Virus record (IMG/VR): IMGVR_UViG_3300040807_002082
Span: 13,681 to 77,680 of that record
Strand: one strand, 5' to 3'
Length of the DNA stretch: 64,000 nt
Source: a virus
The notes below the pieces were generated by a model. That model did no database searches. It was given only the letters and a program-made list of their open reading frames with translations, and was not told the origin of the DNA. Numbering within the stretch: position 1 is the stretch's first letter; every line of letters starts with the position of its first letter. This document shows positions 48,740 through 58,186 of the stretch, in pieces. A program made the position numbers and the translations under genes.

Positions 48740-49302
48740 AATGGGAAGAATACATTCAACGAGAATATGAAAAATCGTTGTATGCTGAACGATCTGATAT
48801 TAATGAACACTTGCCTATCTTGGCAAGCCTAGCTATTGAATGCGATCACGTCACTGAGATGGGAAGCCGTTTCGGTGACAGTACTCGAGCATTCTTAACA
48901 ACAAACGCAAAGTTTGTTGCATACGATTTAGAATTAGTTGATTCGGTTCAAGTTTTGTTTGATAAAGCAAAGGCTGCAGGTAAAGATGTATCATACATCA
49001 AAGCGGATACAAGACAACTTGAGATTGAAGAAACTGATATGTTGTTTATTGATACTTGGCACAGCGGTGTTCAACTTCAGCAAGAGTTGAAATTGCATGG
49101 AAATAAAGCACGCAAATACCTTGCATTCCACGATACTCAAACTTATGGGTTAATGGATGAAAGTTGGGACAAGCAACGCCAAATTCACCACGGTGAAGGA
49201 TTGCTACCTGCAATTATTAACTTTATGATTGTTAATCCGCACTGGCGGTTTAAACTTCACCGAACAAATAATAATGGATTGACTGTTTTAGAAAGAGGAT
49301 AA
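48736..49302 (+). CDS. SAM-dependent methyltransferase
   Basis: TEMG.R.G.ST, LFIDTWH, FHDT, NNNGLTVL. Confidence 0.75.
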   Translation: MKWEEYIQREYEKSLYAERSDINEHLPILASLAIECDHVTEMGSRFGDSTRAFLTTNAKFVAYDLELVDSVQVLFDKAKAAGKDVSYIKADTRQLEIEETDMLFIDTWHSGVQLQQELKLHGNKARKYLAFHDTQTYGLMDESWDKQRQIHHGEGLLPAIINFMIVNPHWRFKLHRTNNNGLTVLERG

Positions 49303-49303
49303 T

Positions 49304-50884
49304 ATGGCGGGAAAAGTTATTGACGTATTTCCATTTTTTGCACCTTACAACGAAGAGTTACTTTATCTTCGAGTAAACTTGCTAAAGGATCACGTTGACC
49401 ACTTCATTATTGTTGAAAGCAATAAGACTCATTCTGGGTTGCCTGTTGAGCGAAAGTTTGAAGAGATTGCTCGTAAGCAAGGTCTTCCGATGGAAAAGAT
49501 CATTTATATTCCACATGATATTCCTGAAACTGAAGATCTTGAAATTCGTAACATTGACCGTAAGAACGCGGGTGAGAACGGACGTAATGAAGAATCGGTA
49601 CAAGCACGTTGCCGTGAACGTCTACAAAAAGATGCGGCAATGTCTGTTATTGACCAATTTGATAATGATGACGTTTTCATTTATGGCGATATGGATGAGA
49701 TCATCAATCCTCGTCACATTAAATGGGTAGCAAATATTGCACGTAATAATGAAGATTGGATTCTAAAGATTCCTCTTGTATATTTACAAGGACGTGCTGA
49801 TTTGCGCATTCATCATCGCAATGGTAAGCCTGTTGTTTGGTGGCGTGCTATGTTCTTTGTAACACGAAATCAATTAAGAGAAACAACGTTTAACAATATC
49901 CGCTGTGGATATATTCCATTGAAGATTACTTGGCCTGCACAGAATGGCCAAATCATTCAAGATATGGGTTGGCACTTTGCTTGGATGGGTAATAACGAAC
50001 AGCGTAAAATTAAAGCTGACTCGTTTGCTCACGCACACGATAAATTCAAGTGGATGGCTGAAGGTGAAGGATACAATTCAGACGCATATCAAGCATATGT
50101 TTCAACAACCCAACCTGCAGAAGGTAAGGTTGCGCCAGATGGAAATGAAGATCATATTTTAAAACGGTATCCTATTGCCGAATTGCCTGATCTTATTTTT
50201 GAAACACCTATGGTTAAAGATTTCCTATTGCCTGAAACTAAAGTCGGTCAAGAGTTTGCCTTTAACGATTGCGGTTGTTATTGGTGCCAAAAACTTGAAT
50301 GGCCGTTAATGTACGATCTTGATGGCAAACGCAAATGGTTTGAAGTACCTCGCAGTTGTTCTGTTACAATCAAAGAAAGCTTTCCAAATCGTAAACAGAT
50401 TCTGCGCGAATCAGAAGAATACCAAGAATCAATTGATAATGGCGATAAGCCACTTGTTGTATTTACCGATCCTATTGAAAGGTTCTTGTCTTGTATGAAT
50501 GTATACTTGGTTGAAGGACAACGATATTACGATTATGGTAAAGATATCTTTGATTCGTTTGGTGTTAACTTAGACGAATGCACAACGGAAGAAAAGGTTT
50601 CGAGTTTCTTTGCTAATCTGCACAAGATTACGAACAACCACCAGGTGCACCACTTCCATCCACAATGCCGATTCGTTGATACACAAAGCTTTAAAGAGTT
50701 TACAGTTATCAATAAAATGGAAGTGTCAGATTTCCTGAAAACCGATAAACATTTGAATAGTACCGAATACGAAATTACACGTAAGGATTTATCGAGAGAC
50801 CAAATCGCTTGGATACGTAATATCTATCAAAGTGATTACGATTTCTTTAAAGAGTATGGCGATGGCAAAAAGAAGAGTAAATGA
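49304..50884 (+). CDS. GT17-like glycosyltransferase fused to a sulfotransferase-like domain
   Basis: VD.FIIVESN.THSG, GDMDEI, GWHFAWMG; C-domain EVPRSCS.T, DPIERFLS, HFHPQ, YQSDY. Confidence 0.75.
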   Translation: MAGKVIDVFPFFAPYNEELLYLRVNLLKDHVDHFIIVESNKTHSGLPVERKFEEIARKQGLPMEKIIYIPHDIPETEDLEIRNIDRKNAGENGRNEESVQARCRERLQKDAAMSVIDQFDNDDVFIYGDMDEIINPRHIKWVANIARNNEDWILKIPLVYLQGRADLRIHHRNGKPVVWWRAMFFVTRNQLRETTFNNIRCGYIPLKITWPAQNGQIIQDMGWHFAWMGNNEQRKIKADSFAHAHDKFKWMAEGEGYNSDAYQAYVSTTQPAEGKVAPDGNEDHILKRYPIAELPDLIFETPMVKDFLLPETKVGQEFAFNDCGCYWCQKLEWPLMYDLDGKRKWFEVPRSCSVTIKESFPNRKQILRESEEYQESIDNGDKPLVVFTDPIERFLSCMNVYLVEGQRYYDYGKDIFDSFGVNLDECTTEEKVSSFFANLHKITNNHQVHHFHPQCRFVDTQSFKEFTVINKMEVSDFLKTDKHLNSTEYEITRKDLSRDQIAWIRNIYQSDYDFFKEYGDGKKKSK

Positions 50885-51101
50885 ACCAGGTCTCAATTAC
50901 CTAAAACAGCAGGCCCAAACTTATCAAAGAACAGCTGGCGATTTACGGCGTGAAAACGAACAGTTGAGATCTGACCGCACGATGTTACTTGACGTTCTTG
51001 GCGATATCAGCGATGACGATAGCATATGGGTTGATACCGTTGAAGTAAGGACAATGAGATTTAGACTAAAAAATTTGCTAAATAACATAAAAAATGGTTG
51101 A
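50862..51101 (+). CDS. Hypothetical protein
   Basis: Coiled-coil ORF in operon. Confidence 0.6.
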   Translation: MAKRRVNEPGLNYLKQQAQTYQRTAGDLRRENEQLRSDRTMLLDVLGDISDDDSIWVDTVEVRTMRFRLKNLLNNIKNG

Positions 51102-51139
51102 CATTGGTTTTAAACTAGTTTATAGTAATTGTATAAACA

Positions 51140-51676
51140 ATGAGGCAAACCATGAAACTGAAAAATGTCATATCAGGAATACTTACAGGAACTTTAATTG
51201 TTGGCGGTATAGCAACAGCGGCAGCAGAAATTGAGAAAGAATTCCACGAAGAGCAACTTGAGTGTTTGGCAATGAATATATATTATGAGGCACGCGGTAG
51301 TAACTTAGCTGACAAAGCAGGAGTTGCTGACGTTGTTCTTAATCGTGTAAATGATGGTCGTTACCCAAATACAATCTGTGAGGTTGTTCAGCAAGGTAAA
51401 CAAAAGCCATCTTGGAAAGATCCAAACGTTATGGTGATGGTACGCAATGCTTGTCAATTTAGTTGGTACTGTGACGGAAAGGCTGACAATCCTCAGGATG
51501 AAGATCGTTGGCAGGAAGCTCAGTTGATTGCTTATAATATGATTACATATTCAAAATTCCGCGGCATCAGCGAAGGCGCAACGCATTATCATGCAACGTA
51601 TGTAAACCCATCCTGGGCTCGTACTCTTCAACAAGTAGGTCGCCTAGGTTCACATATATATTACCGTTGGGAGTAA
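51140..51676 (+). CDS. SleB-like cell wall hydrolase
   Basis: CLA.NIYYEARG, V.NRV...PNTICEVV, CQFSW, GATHYHA; N-terminal signal; promoter 51098-51126. Confidence 0.9.
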   Translation: MRQTMKLKNVISGILTGTLIVGGIATAAAEIEKEFHEEQLECLAMNIYYEARGSNLADKAGVADVVLNRVNDGRYPNTICEVVQQGKQKPSWKDPNVMVMVRNACQFSWYCDGKADNPQDEDRWQEAQLIAYNMITYSKFRGISEGATHYHATYVNPSWARTLQQVGRLGSHIYYRWE

Positions 51677-51678
51677 TT

Positions 51679-51876
51679 ATGAAACAACCTTCTGATGATC
51701 TTTTAATTGCATACGGTCGTGTTGCTTGGGGTTATAATCAAGTAAGAACGGCGCAATCTATTGGTCAATCTGATAAACCTGAATATCTTGAGATCAGGGA
51801 TCAGTTAAGAAAGGACCGTATTGAACTTGAAGTACTACAAAGAAAATATGATGACCCTGCGTATAAGCACAAATAG
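51679..51876 (+). CDS. Hypothetical protein
   Basis: GGAG RBS. Confidence 0.65.
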   Translation: MKQPSDDLLIAYGRVAWGYNQVRTAQSIGQSDKPEYLEIRDQLRKDRIELEVLQRKYDDPAYKHK

Positions 51877-51885
51877 GAGAATGAA

Positions 51886-52335
51886 ATGAGTGATGAACGA
51901 TATGTAGTTGTAACCTGCCTTAGCCAATTTCGACAGCGATATGTAATTCCTGCGAGTGAACTACAACAAATGTCTCCTGACGTTAAGTTGTTACCTCAAA
52001 CATTAGTTGACTACGCAAATGATTCGGTTACTTGTGAAGATGTAAAAGAATTCTCTCAGCAATGGCTTGGTGAAACTATTGTAGATACATTCATTGTTGA
52101 TGAACCTCGCATTCTTCATATGTTTAACCGAGATAACGACTATCTTGCAGGATGGTCTGATGAGAAAAAACTCGAGTGGATCAAAGATTGGGAAGAAGAT
52201 GTTGATGGTAAAAAGGCAGCCCAAAAGGCTCGAGAAACCGAAGAACGTTTAAATGCCACGTTTGATAGTAATTGGGTTGCGGAATCAAACTTAACATCAA
52301 CCAAAATGCAGGAAGGAAATGAGGATGACTCTTAA
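51886..52335 (+). CDS. Hypothetical protein
   Basis: AGGAG RBS. Confidence 0.75.
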   Translation: MSDERYVVVTCLSQFRQRYVIPASELQQMSPDVKLLPQTLVDYANDSVTCEDVKEFSQQWLGETIVDTFIVDEPRILHMFNRDNDYLAGWSDEKKLEWIKDWEEDVDGKKAAQKARETEERLNATFDSNWVAESNLTSTKMQEGNEDDS

Positions 52336-52537
52336 AGATACCTTTTTAACTTTTGAAATGGCATTAGTAAATGCCGAGCAAATGCTTCGTGTAAATGGGC
52401 CTAATCACAATAGCACAATTGAAGCTTTTGAAAAATCTAACTCATTAAAATCAGATATGATAACAAGATTAGAAGATATAGAAAAATACATTAAACTCGC
52501 TGAACGCGAAGCATCAAAGAAGACTACTGATAAATGA
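52319..52537 (+). CDS. Hypothetical protein
   Basis: Overlapping operon ORF. Confidence 0.6.
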   Translation: MRMTLKDTFLTFEMALVNAEQMLRVNGPNHNSTIEAFEKSNSLKSDMITRLEDIEKYIKLAEREASKKTTDK

Positions 52538-53280
52538 AAATACTTGTGGCGGGATACGGATTTGTTGGTGCAGCACACGCTTTATCTCTCGTAGGCAAAC
52601 ACGACGTCCGTATCCATGATCCTGATAAAGGATATAAATCAAATTATGATGAGGCTGAAGCTGTAATCTGCTGCGTTGCTACGCCACAGCACAAAGATGG
52701 AGCCTGCGACATATCATCGGTTGCCGATGTAATCGAACGTAGTCCGAATGTTCCTATTTTAATCAAAAGTACTATCAGCCTTGAAGGTTGGCGTACTTTA
52801 CTTGATATTTACCCAAACAAACAAATAACGTTTTCTCCTGAGTATCTTCGAGCAGAAAAAGCAATGCAAGATTTTAAAGATCAAAGCAACGTTCAGATCG
52901 GTGGAGGAGACGAATCGTTTTGGAGAAAGATTCTTAGTGAATCGCTTGACGTCAATGTTTACGTTAAAGATCCTGAGTCTTTGATTTTGGCTAAATATTT
53001 CGTTAACAGCTTCTTGGCAACGAAGGTTAGTTTCTTTAATCAAATATATGATTTTTGTGAAATAACTGGTGTTGACTTTAAAGACGTGAGTGGGTTAGTG
53101 GCAAGTGATCCACGTATTGGTTTCAGCCATACGGCTGTTACAGAAGAACGTGGCTTTGGAGGACATTGTTTTCCAAAGGATACTAATGCCATTCTGACAA
53201 CAGCAAGAAGATTTGGGACAAGGCTGAGCTTAATACGCGAAGCAGTGTTATATAATACAATTTTAAGAAAACCTAAGTGA
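52534..53280 (+). CDS. UDP-glucose/GDP-mannose dehydrogenase family, short form
   Basis: GYGFVG, CVATP, IKSTI, SPEYLR, K...NSFLA.KVSF.N, GFGGHCFPKD. Confidence 0.9.
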   Translation: MKILVAGYGFVGAAHALSLVGKHDVRIHDPDKGYKSNYDEAEAVICCVATPQHKDGACDISSVADVIERSPNVPILIKSTISLEGWRTLLDIYPNKQITFSPEYLRAEKAMQDFKDQSNVQIGGGDESFWRKILSESLDVNVYVKDPESLILAKYFVNSFLATKVSFFNQIYDFCEITGVDFKDVSGLVASDPRIGFSHTAVTEERGFGGHCFPKDTNAILTTARRFGTRLSLIREAVLYNTILRKPK

Positions 53281-53283
53281 GGA

Positions 53284-53613
53284 TTGTTTATGAGAGACAT
53301 TAAAGAACTCAAGGATTTTATCTTTGATAAAGCCAAATATGAAACCACAGGTGATCCTGAGCAATTGACTTGGGACTCTGTCTTTTCTGATTGGGTTGAT
53401 TCATTAGGTACTCAGATTATCTTAATGGATATTGAAGAAGATTTCTGTGATCCAGGATTTATGATTGAAGAAGAGTTTATTATGAACTTTTTCTCTAAAA
53501 AGCCAACGGTTCAGCAGACCTGCGATGTGATTACCGATTACTTACTCGGAAATATTGATCCAGCTGATGCAATGTGTGAGGATTACGAGTATGTCAAGCA
53601 GCACGACTGGTAA
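53284..53613 (+). CDS. Acyl carrier protein-like
   Basis: Acidic; LTWDS.F...VDSLGTQIILMDIEEDF resembles the ACP DSL site and helix II. Confidence 0.55.
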   Translation: MFMRDIKELKDFIFDKAKYETTGDPEQLTWDSVFSDWVDSLGTQIILMDIEEDFCDPGFMIEEEFIMNFFSKKPTVQQTCDVITDYLLGNIDPADAMCEDYEYVKQHDW

Positions 53614-54031
53614 TAAAAAAGTTGGATTTACCGCTTCGGCATTTGACTTGCTCCATGCAGGACACGTTCAAATGTTAAGAGAAGCAAAAGAACAATGCGA
53701 TTATCTGATCTGTGGTTTACAGATTGACCCAACGCACGATCGTAAAGAAAAGAATGCTCCGATCCAAACGATCGTAGAGCGTTATACTCAATTAAAAGCG
53801 ATAAGTTATGTTGACGAGATCATTCCGTATTTGACAGAATCAGATTTAGATGATATATTATCTATGTACCATATTGATGTTCGTGTACTTGGGGAGGAGT
53901 ATCGCGAGAAGGATTTTACAGGCAAGGATATTTGTAAGAAGCGAGGTATCCAGCTGTACTTTAACAAACGTGATCATCGCTTCTCCTCAAGCGATTTGAG
54001 ACAACGAGTTAAGAATCTTGAAAACACTTAG
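53591..54031 (+). CDS. Glycerol-3-phosphate cytidylyltransferase-like (TagD family)
   Basis: FDLLHAGH, ER...L....YVDE, R.H..SSS.LR. Confidence 0.88.
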   Translation: MSSSTTGNKKVGFTASAFDLLHAGHVQMLREAKEQCDYLICGLQIDPTHDRKEKNAPIQTIVERYTQLKAISYVDEIIPYLTESDLDDILSMYHIDVRVLGEEYREKDFTGKDICKKRGIQLYFNKRDHRFSSSDLRQRVKNLENT

Positions 54032-54194
54032 AATCATTGTCATTATACTTTTTCTTATTATGATGGCAATGGCTTTTTACAATTTATTAAGACCTGATGT
54101 TTGGCCTGACTGCAACACTTTGCTGTTAGAAGGATACAATACAGAACCAAATGATATTACAAAATGCGTTAACAAAATCAAGGATCTAAAATGA
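54018..54194 (+). CDS. Small membrane protein (58 aa)
   Basis: TTG start; N-terminal TM helix. Confidence 0.5.
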   Translation: MKTLRIIVIILFLIMMAMAFYNLLRPDVWPDCNTLLLEGYNTEPNDITKCVNKIKDLK

Positions 54195-54364
54195 CAAAAT
54201 TATTAACCGACGGCGAAATGGTTGTTTTGTTGCATAACATGGCACGAACAGTTGAACAAAATGGTTCTAAAGAGCAAGGATCTGAATTGCGACAGACCGC
54301 CGATAGATTCTCAGAATTATCAAAAGCCGCAAGTGTTGCGTATCATAAAGCACAGCAAGGGTGA
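54191..54364 (+). CDS. Small hypothetical protein (57 aa)
   Basis: AAGGA RBS, ATGA overlap. Confidence 0.65.
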   Translation: MTKLLTDGEMVVLLHNMARTVEQNGSKEQGSELRQTADRFSELSKAASVAYHKAQQG

Positions 54365-54365
54365 C

Positions 54366-55082
54366 ATGTACAGATTTATTTTTGATGTTGATGGAACTTT
54401 AACGCCGAGTCGTCAAAGGATTGATGATTCATTCCATGATCGGTTTTTACAATTTTGTAAAGAAGAACCTGTCTTTTTGGTTACAGGCTCAGATTATCCT
54501 AAAACCGTTGAGCAGTTAGGAGAAGATATCTGTTATCACGTTAAGCACGTGTTCAGCTGTTCAGGAAATGATGTTTGGATGCAAGGTAAAAATATCCAAA
54601 CAAACAAATGGGAAGTTCCTAAATCTGTTATGGAATGGCTTAGTGATGAGTTGATTCGTAGTCCATATCCTGAAAGAACTGGTAATCATATTGAGATACG
54701 GCCAGGTTGTTTGAACTTTAGTGTTGTCGGTCGTAACGCAACGCCTGAGCAAAGAAAGAGATATGCTAGGTACGATGAGTACAATAAAGAAAGGCGAGGA
54801 ATTGCCAGTACGTTTAATTATATCTTTGCTCAGTCAAACGCAAAAATTATAGCAAAGATTGGAGGAGAAACTGGATTAGACATATATCCTATAGGTAAAG
54901 ACAAGTCTCAAATCATTAGTTACTTTCGTCCATATGACGATCTTGTATTCTTTGGAGATCGCATGGAAGAAGGAGGCAATGATAAACCTTTTGCGGATGT
55001 TAACACAAAAGGAATTAACCACCATGTTGACGGTTGGCGTCATACAATGGAAATCTTATCGTCAAATTATGGGATGGCGTAA
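54366..55082 (+). CDS. HAD-IIB (eukaryote-type) phosphomannomutase
   Basis: FDVDGTLTPSR, VTGSD, NFSVVGR, GGETG.DI, FFGD...GGND; start moved from the ORF track. Confidence 0.88.
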   Translation: MYRFIFDVDGTLTPSRQRIDDSFHDRFLQFCKEEPVFLVTGSDYPKTVEQLGEDICYHVKHVFSCSGNDVWMQGKNIQTNKWEVPKSVMEWLSDELIRSPYPERTGNHIEIRPGCLNFSVVGRNATPEQRKRYARYDEYNKERRGIASTFNYIFAQSNAKIIAKIGGETGLDIYPIGKDKSQIISYFRPYDDLVFFGDRMEEGGNDKPFADVNTKGINHHVDGWRHTMEILSSNYGMA

Positions 55083-55129
55083 ACTTATAAATACCTTTAA
55101 GTTTTAGGCCATAGTGGAGAATACTATAT

Positions 55130-55402
55130 ATGTTTACAGTAGAGATGGATTGGGATGAAATTGCGATTACGGTTCTTGATGAAAGCGCTACGCACGAAGA
55201 TGTTCAATGTTTAATTTACGAAGATACGGTTTATATGCGACAGTGGAACGATAAAGAAAATCGTTTTAGTGTTATAGGATTGTCGCCTGAAATGTTTGAC
55301 GAATTGCGGATTTCTTTTGACCAAGGTGAAGGCGCCTATCGCCGTGAAACCATTCCGCTAGACGACGATGGCGAGTATGACTTTGGCGACGAGCAGTTTT
55401 AA
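55130..55402 (+). CDS. Acidic hypothetical protein
   Basis: GGAG RBS; late promoter 55086-55093. Confidence 0.75.
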   Translation: MFTVEMDWDEIAITVLDESATHEDVQCLIYEDTVYMRQWNDKENRFSVIGLSPEMFDELRISFDQGEGAYRRETIPLDDDGEYDFGDEQF

Positions 55403-55503
55403 AAAATTGGTACTAAGGCTACGGGGATTACCGCAAGGATCAACACGCAAAACGCTAATTCCCAACCACCATCATTTTGTAAAATATCAATGATTCTTTT
55501 CAT
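55399..55503 (-). CDS. 34-aa single-TM protein on the minus strand
   Basis: MKRIIDILQNDGGWELAFCVLILAVIPVALVPIF; AGGAG upstream. Confidence 0.55.
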   Translation of the reverse strand: MKRIIDILQNDGGWELAFCVLILAVIPVALVPIF

Positions 55504-55679
55504 TTAAGATTATACTCCTAGGATCTGATTCTGGGTGTTACTTGATGTAACATTTTAAACCCAAATCTATATATAAAATAAAACATTGAATTACAGAAAA
55601 ATTTCAAATTTTTTACAAATTATCTATTGACACAACCTTTTGTTTAGTATAATATGGTTATATCAAATGGAGGAAAACA

Positions 55680-55955
55680 ATGAAAGTTGTAGAAGTAAGC
55701 GCATTGAGAGATTACGAAGGCTGCCAATGGACTCGTTTGTTCACCACTGAAGAAAAAGCGTGGGAATTTGTACGTACTGCCGCCGCTGATGAGTGGTTGG
55801 GTGTTGATGACGTAAACGTTACCTGGGTTGGAGTTGATGAAGAATTCTACGATCGTGTTGAAAGTTTTGTAGTTACTTACGATTTGGAAAATGATAGTGC
55901 TACATTTCAGCGCTGGGATTTGGAAACAAAAGCGCATGTACCTTTTGAGGTCTGA
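55680..55955 (+). CDS. Hypothetical early protein
   Basis: GGAGG RBS; promoter at 55627. Confidence 0.75.
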   Translation: MKVVEVSALRDYEGCQWTRLFTTEEKAWEFVRTAAADEWLGVDDVNVTWVGVDEEFYDRVESFVVTYDLENDSATFQRWDLETKAHVPFEV

Positions 55956-55957
55956 TT

Positions 55958-56380
55958 ATGAGTATGCATATGATTCGTGGAGTTCAAGTCCACGGTAGCA
56001 AAAAACGTAAACCAAAAAAACTTGATATGAAAGCAGTTGAGTTAGAATGGCGTCGTTATAACAAGGATATGCGCCGTAAGAATATGCATTATCTTCAGTT
56101 TGAAGAACTTGATGATTACGTAGCATATATCTCAGGAAAAATGCCAAAACGTAAAAAGGAGTTTGTACCGTATGAAGTCCCGAAATCGAATGACCGCGAC
56201 GAACCGCGCTATCCTAGCGTCAAGACGTCGGACACGATTCCTGGAGGAACCCCAAGGAAAGAGCCAAACAAATACACAGGTGACCTCCTCGTCGGAATTG
56301 GAACAATGCACAAGTCAAACATGGTCCCAATTATGCGAGGAACAAATGAAGCAAAAGACATAGCTCGTATGCGGAGGTGA
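55958..56380 (+). CDS. Basic hypothetical protein
   Basis: YTG....GI.TMHKSN.VP...A.DIA.MRR. Confidence 0.75.
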   Translation: MSMHMIRGVQVHGSKKRKPKKLDMKAVELEWRRYNKDMRRKNMHYLQFEELDDYVAYISGKMPKRKKEFVPYEVPKSNDRDEPRYPSVKTSDTIPGGTPRKEPNKYTGDLLVGIGTMHKSNMVPIMRGTNEAKDIARMRR

Positions 56381-56381
56381 T

Positions 56382-56708
56382 ATGTCGACCTACTATCCTG
56401 ATAGCTGGGCTATCGTAAAAATTACAGGAACTGATCCACATTATAGAGTTTTTGGTTCTTGGTCTGGTGGATACCTTGATGGCGATTCTTGGAAACTTAA
56501 TAGTGGTATTACTGATGTAACTGAAACAGAAACTCATTATCATTTTAAAGGGCATTCTGGTTCAGAATATGTTTGCCACAAAGAATCTTATGGTGTAAGA
56601 TCAATTCATAATATTGGCGTACTTACTGATCTTTGTGAACGATCAGGTGGCAATGCAGAATACTTTAAAGATATGCCAGACGTTATGAACATGGATTGGA
56701 TTATATGA
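56382..56708 (+). CDS. Hypothetical protein
   Basis: GGAGG RBS; WSGGYL.GDSWKLNSGI. Confidence 0.75.
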   Translation: MSTYYPDSWAIVKITGTDPHYRVFGSWSGGYLDGDSWKLNSGITDVTETETHYHFKGHSGSEYVCHKESYGVRSIHNIGVLTDLCERSGGNAEYFKDMPDVMNMDWII

Positions 56709-57007
56709 TAACATATAGCACCAATTGGATGGGACCTGTCAATATGGATTGGTTTCGAGAGCGTGGACTTGTAAAAGATGATAAGATCACTATTAACTAC
56801 TGCGGTGGTCGTATCGACATTCGTGATAGCAACAAACAAGGTTATGACGGTTGGCATGAATACGCAGTAGCACCTATGCACGGCGAAGACTGGAATGCCC
56901 TTGGCGATTTCCTATGGGAATTTGAATCGGAAGAACTCATTCCATACGACGAATTAATCGAAACATTTGAAAAACATTATGGTAAGAAAATACGATGGTC
57001 GAAATAA
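56705..57007 (+). CDS. Hypothetical protein
   Basis: ATGA overlap. Confidence 0.7.
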   Translation: MITYSTNWMGPVNMDWFRERGLVKDDKITINYCGGRIDIRDSNKQGYDGWHEYAVAPMHGEDWNALGDFLWEFESEELIPYDELIETFEKHYGKKIRWSK

Positions 57008-57216
57008 CTGAAGAAGAGTACAAACAATTCGAAGCACTCAAAAAAGTTTGGATCCACCTTCAAGCAGAAAAAACAGGTGTTTACTTTATCTGTGGTGAAG
57101 GTGGAGAAAAAGATGATATGGGCCTTCCGGAATTCATTTCGGTTTGCCCAGCTTTTGGCCTTGACGGCTTTGCCTATTACAAAAAACATAAAGAATATTC
57201 AGCACCGGAGTGGTAG
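56995..57216 (+). CDS. Hypothetical protein
   Basis: Operon ORF. Confidence 0.65.
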   Translation: MVEITEEEYKQFEALKKVWIHLQAEKTGVYFICGEGGEKDDMGLPEFISVCPAFGLDGFAYYKKHKEYSAPEW

Positions 57217-57217
57217 T

Positions 57218-57475
57218 ATGACGTTACCTATTGAAAGAACAAATGCAGTTTTGAATGCTGAAAAGTTTCTTTTGAAACTATGCATTCCTAGCCTATCTCC
57301 TCGAGTACCAAAAGCTATTCGTGAAGAAGCTCGTAGATTACTAAGGCATTATCCTACTCAATACAATATGCGATATATTGAAGAAAGCTTTGAAGAGATT
57401 AAAGATCCACGAGCAGATGCACTTGATGAGCTGGCAAGACTAGGTCAGGAGATGGAAAATGAGTGGCCAACGTAA
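57218..57475 (+). CDS. Hypothetical protein (MT.P.ER..AV...PRVPK.IR..A..LLRHYP)
   Basis: GGAG RBS. Confidence 0.7.
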   Translation: MTLPIERTNAVLNAEKFLLKLCIPSLSPRVPKAIREEARRLLRHYPTQYNMRYIEESFEEIKDPRADALDELARLGQEMENEWPT

Positions 57476-57668
57476 ATATTTAAAATGGTGGGCAAGAACC
57501 GTTGGTATGCCGATAGGTATTACCGATGATGATAAACCAGAATTTTTGCCTATTTCCCAAAGAGCTGTTAAGAATGCGCTGGCGTTCAGGACCTTTTGGA
57601 TTGTACTTCACGTTGTAACTTGCTTTATGATTATCACAGGGAATGGTCGAACATTAGGTTGGTGGTAG
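57459..57668 (+). CDS. Small membrane protein
   Basis: AGGAG RBS; C-terminal TM helix. Confidence 0.7.
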   Translation: MSGQRKYLKWWARTVGMPIGITDDDKPEFLPISQRAVKNALAFRTFWIVLHVVTCFMIITGNGRTLGWW

Positions 57669-57695
57669 ACAATAAATAACTATATTAGTTATGGA

Positions 57696-58115
57696 GTGTC
57701 TACTATGTGGTATTATGAAGGTAAGGAATTTACCTCAGAAGATATCGGTGAATACATGGGATTTGTGTATATCATTACCGATAAGACCAACGAAAAGAAA
57801 TACGTTGGCAAAAAGCTTTTCAAATCAAAACGAAGATTGCCTCCACTCAAAGGTAAAACACGTCGTAGAACAAAAGTCGTCGAGTCGGATTGGCAGGATT
57901 ACTTTGGATCCTCAGAAGAAGTTAAGATGCTTGTTGAGGAACATGGCCGCGATAACTTCCATAGAGAAATTTTGCACTTGTGTAATACAAAAGGAGTTAT
58001 GAGTTACCTTGAAGCAAAAGAGCAATTTGACCGAAACGTCCTTCTTGACGATTCTTACTATAACGGTATCATCCAGTGTAAGATCCATCGTTCCCACGTA
58101 AAAAATTTAAAATAA
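57696..58115 (+). CDS. GIY-YIG family nuclease
   Basis: GFVYII...KKYVGKK, Y.GSS, F.REIL, YYN. Confidence 0.8.
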   Translation: MSTMWYYEGKEFTSEDIGEYMGFVYIITDKTNEKKYVGKKLFKSKRRLPPLKGKTRRRTKVVESDWQDYFGSSEEVKMLVEEHGRDNFHREILHLCNTKGVMSYLEAKEQFDRNVLLDDSYYNGIIQCKIHRSHVKNLK

Positions 58116-58186
58116 TTACATTTTTCTATTGACATTAGTGCAATCCTTTGATAGTATAGTAATATATTAAAAAAGGAGAAATACCT

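Noticed and set aside
57696-58115. GIY-YIG gene as a mobile homing endonuclease
   Set aside because: Catalytic domain only, with no DNA-binding extension and no interrupted gene or intron.
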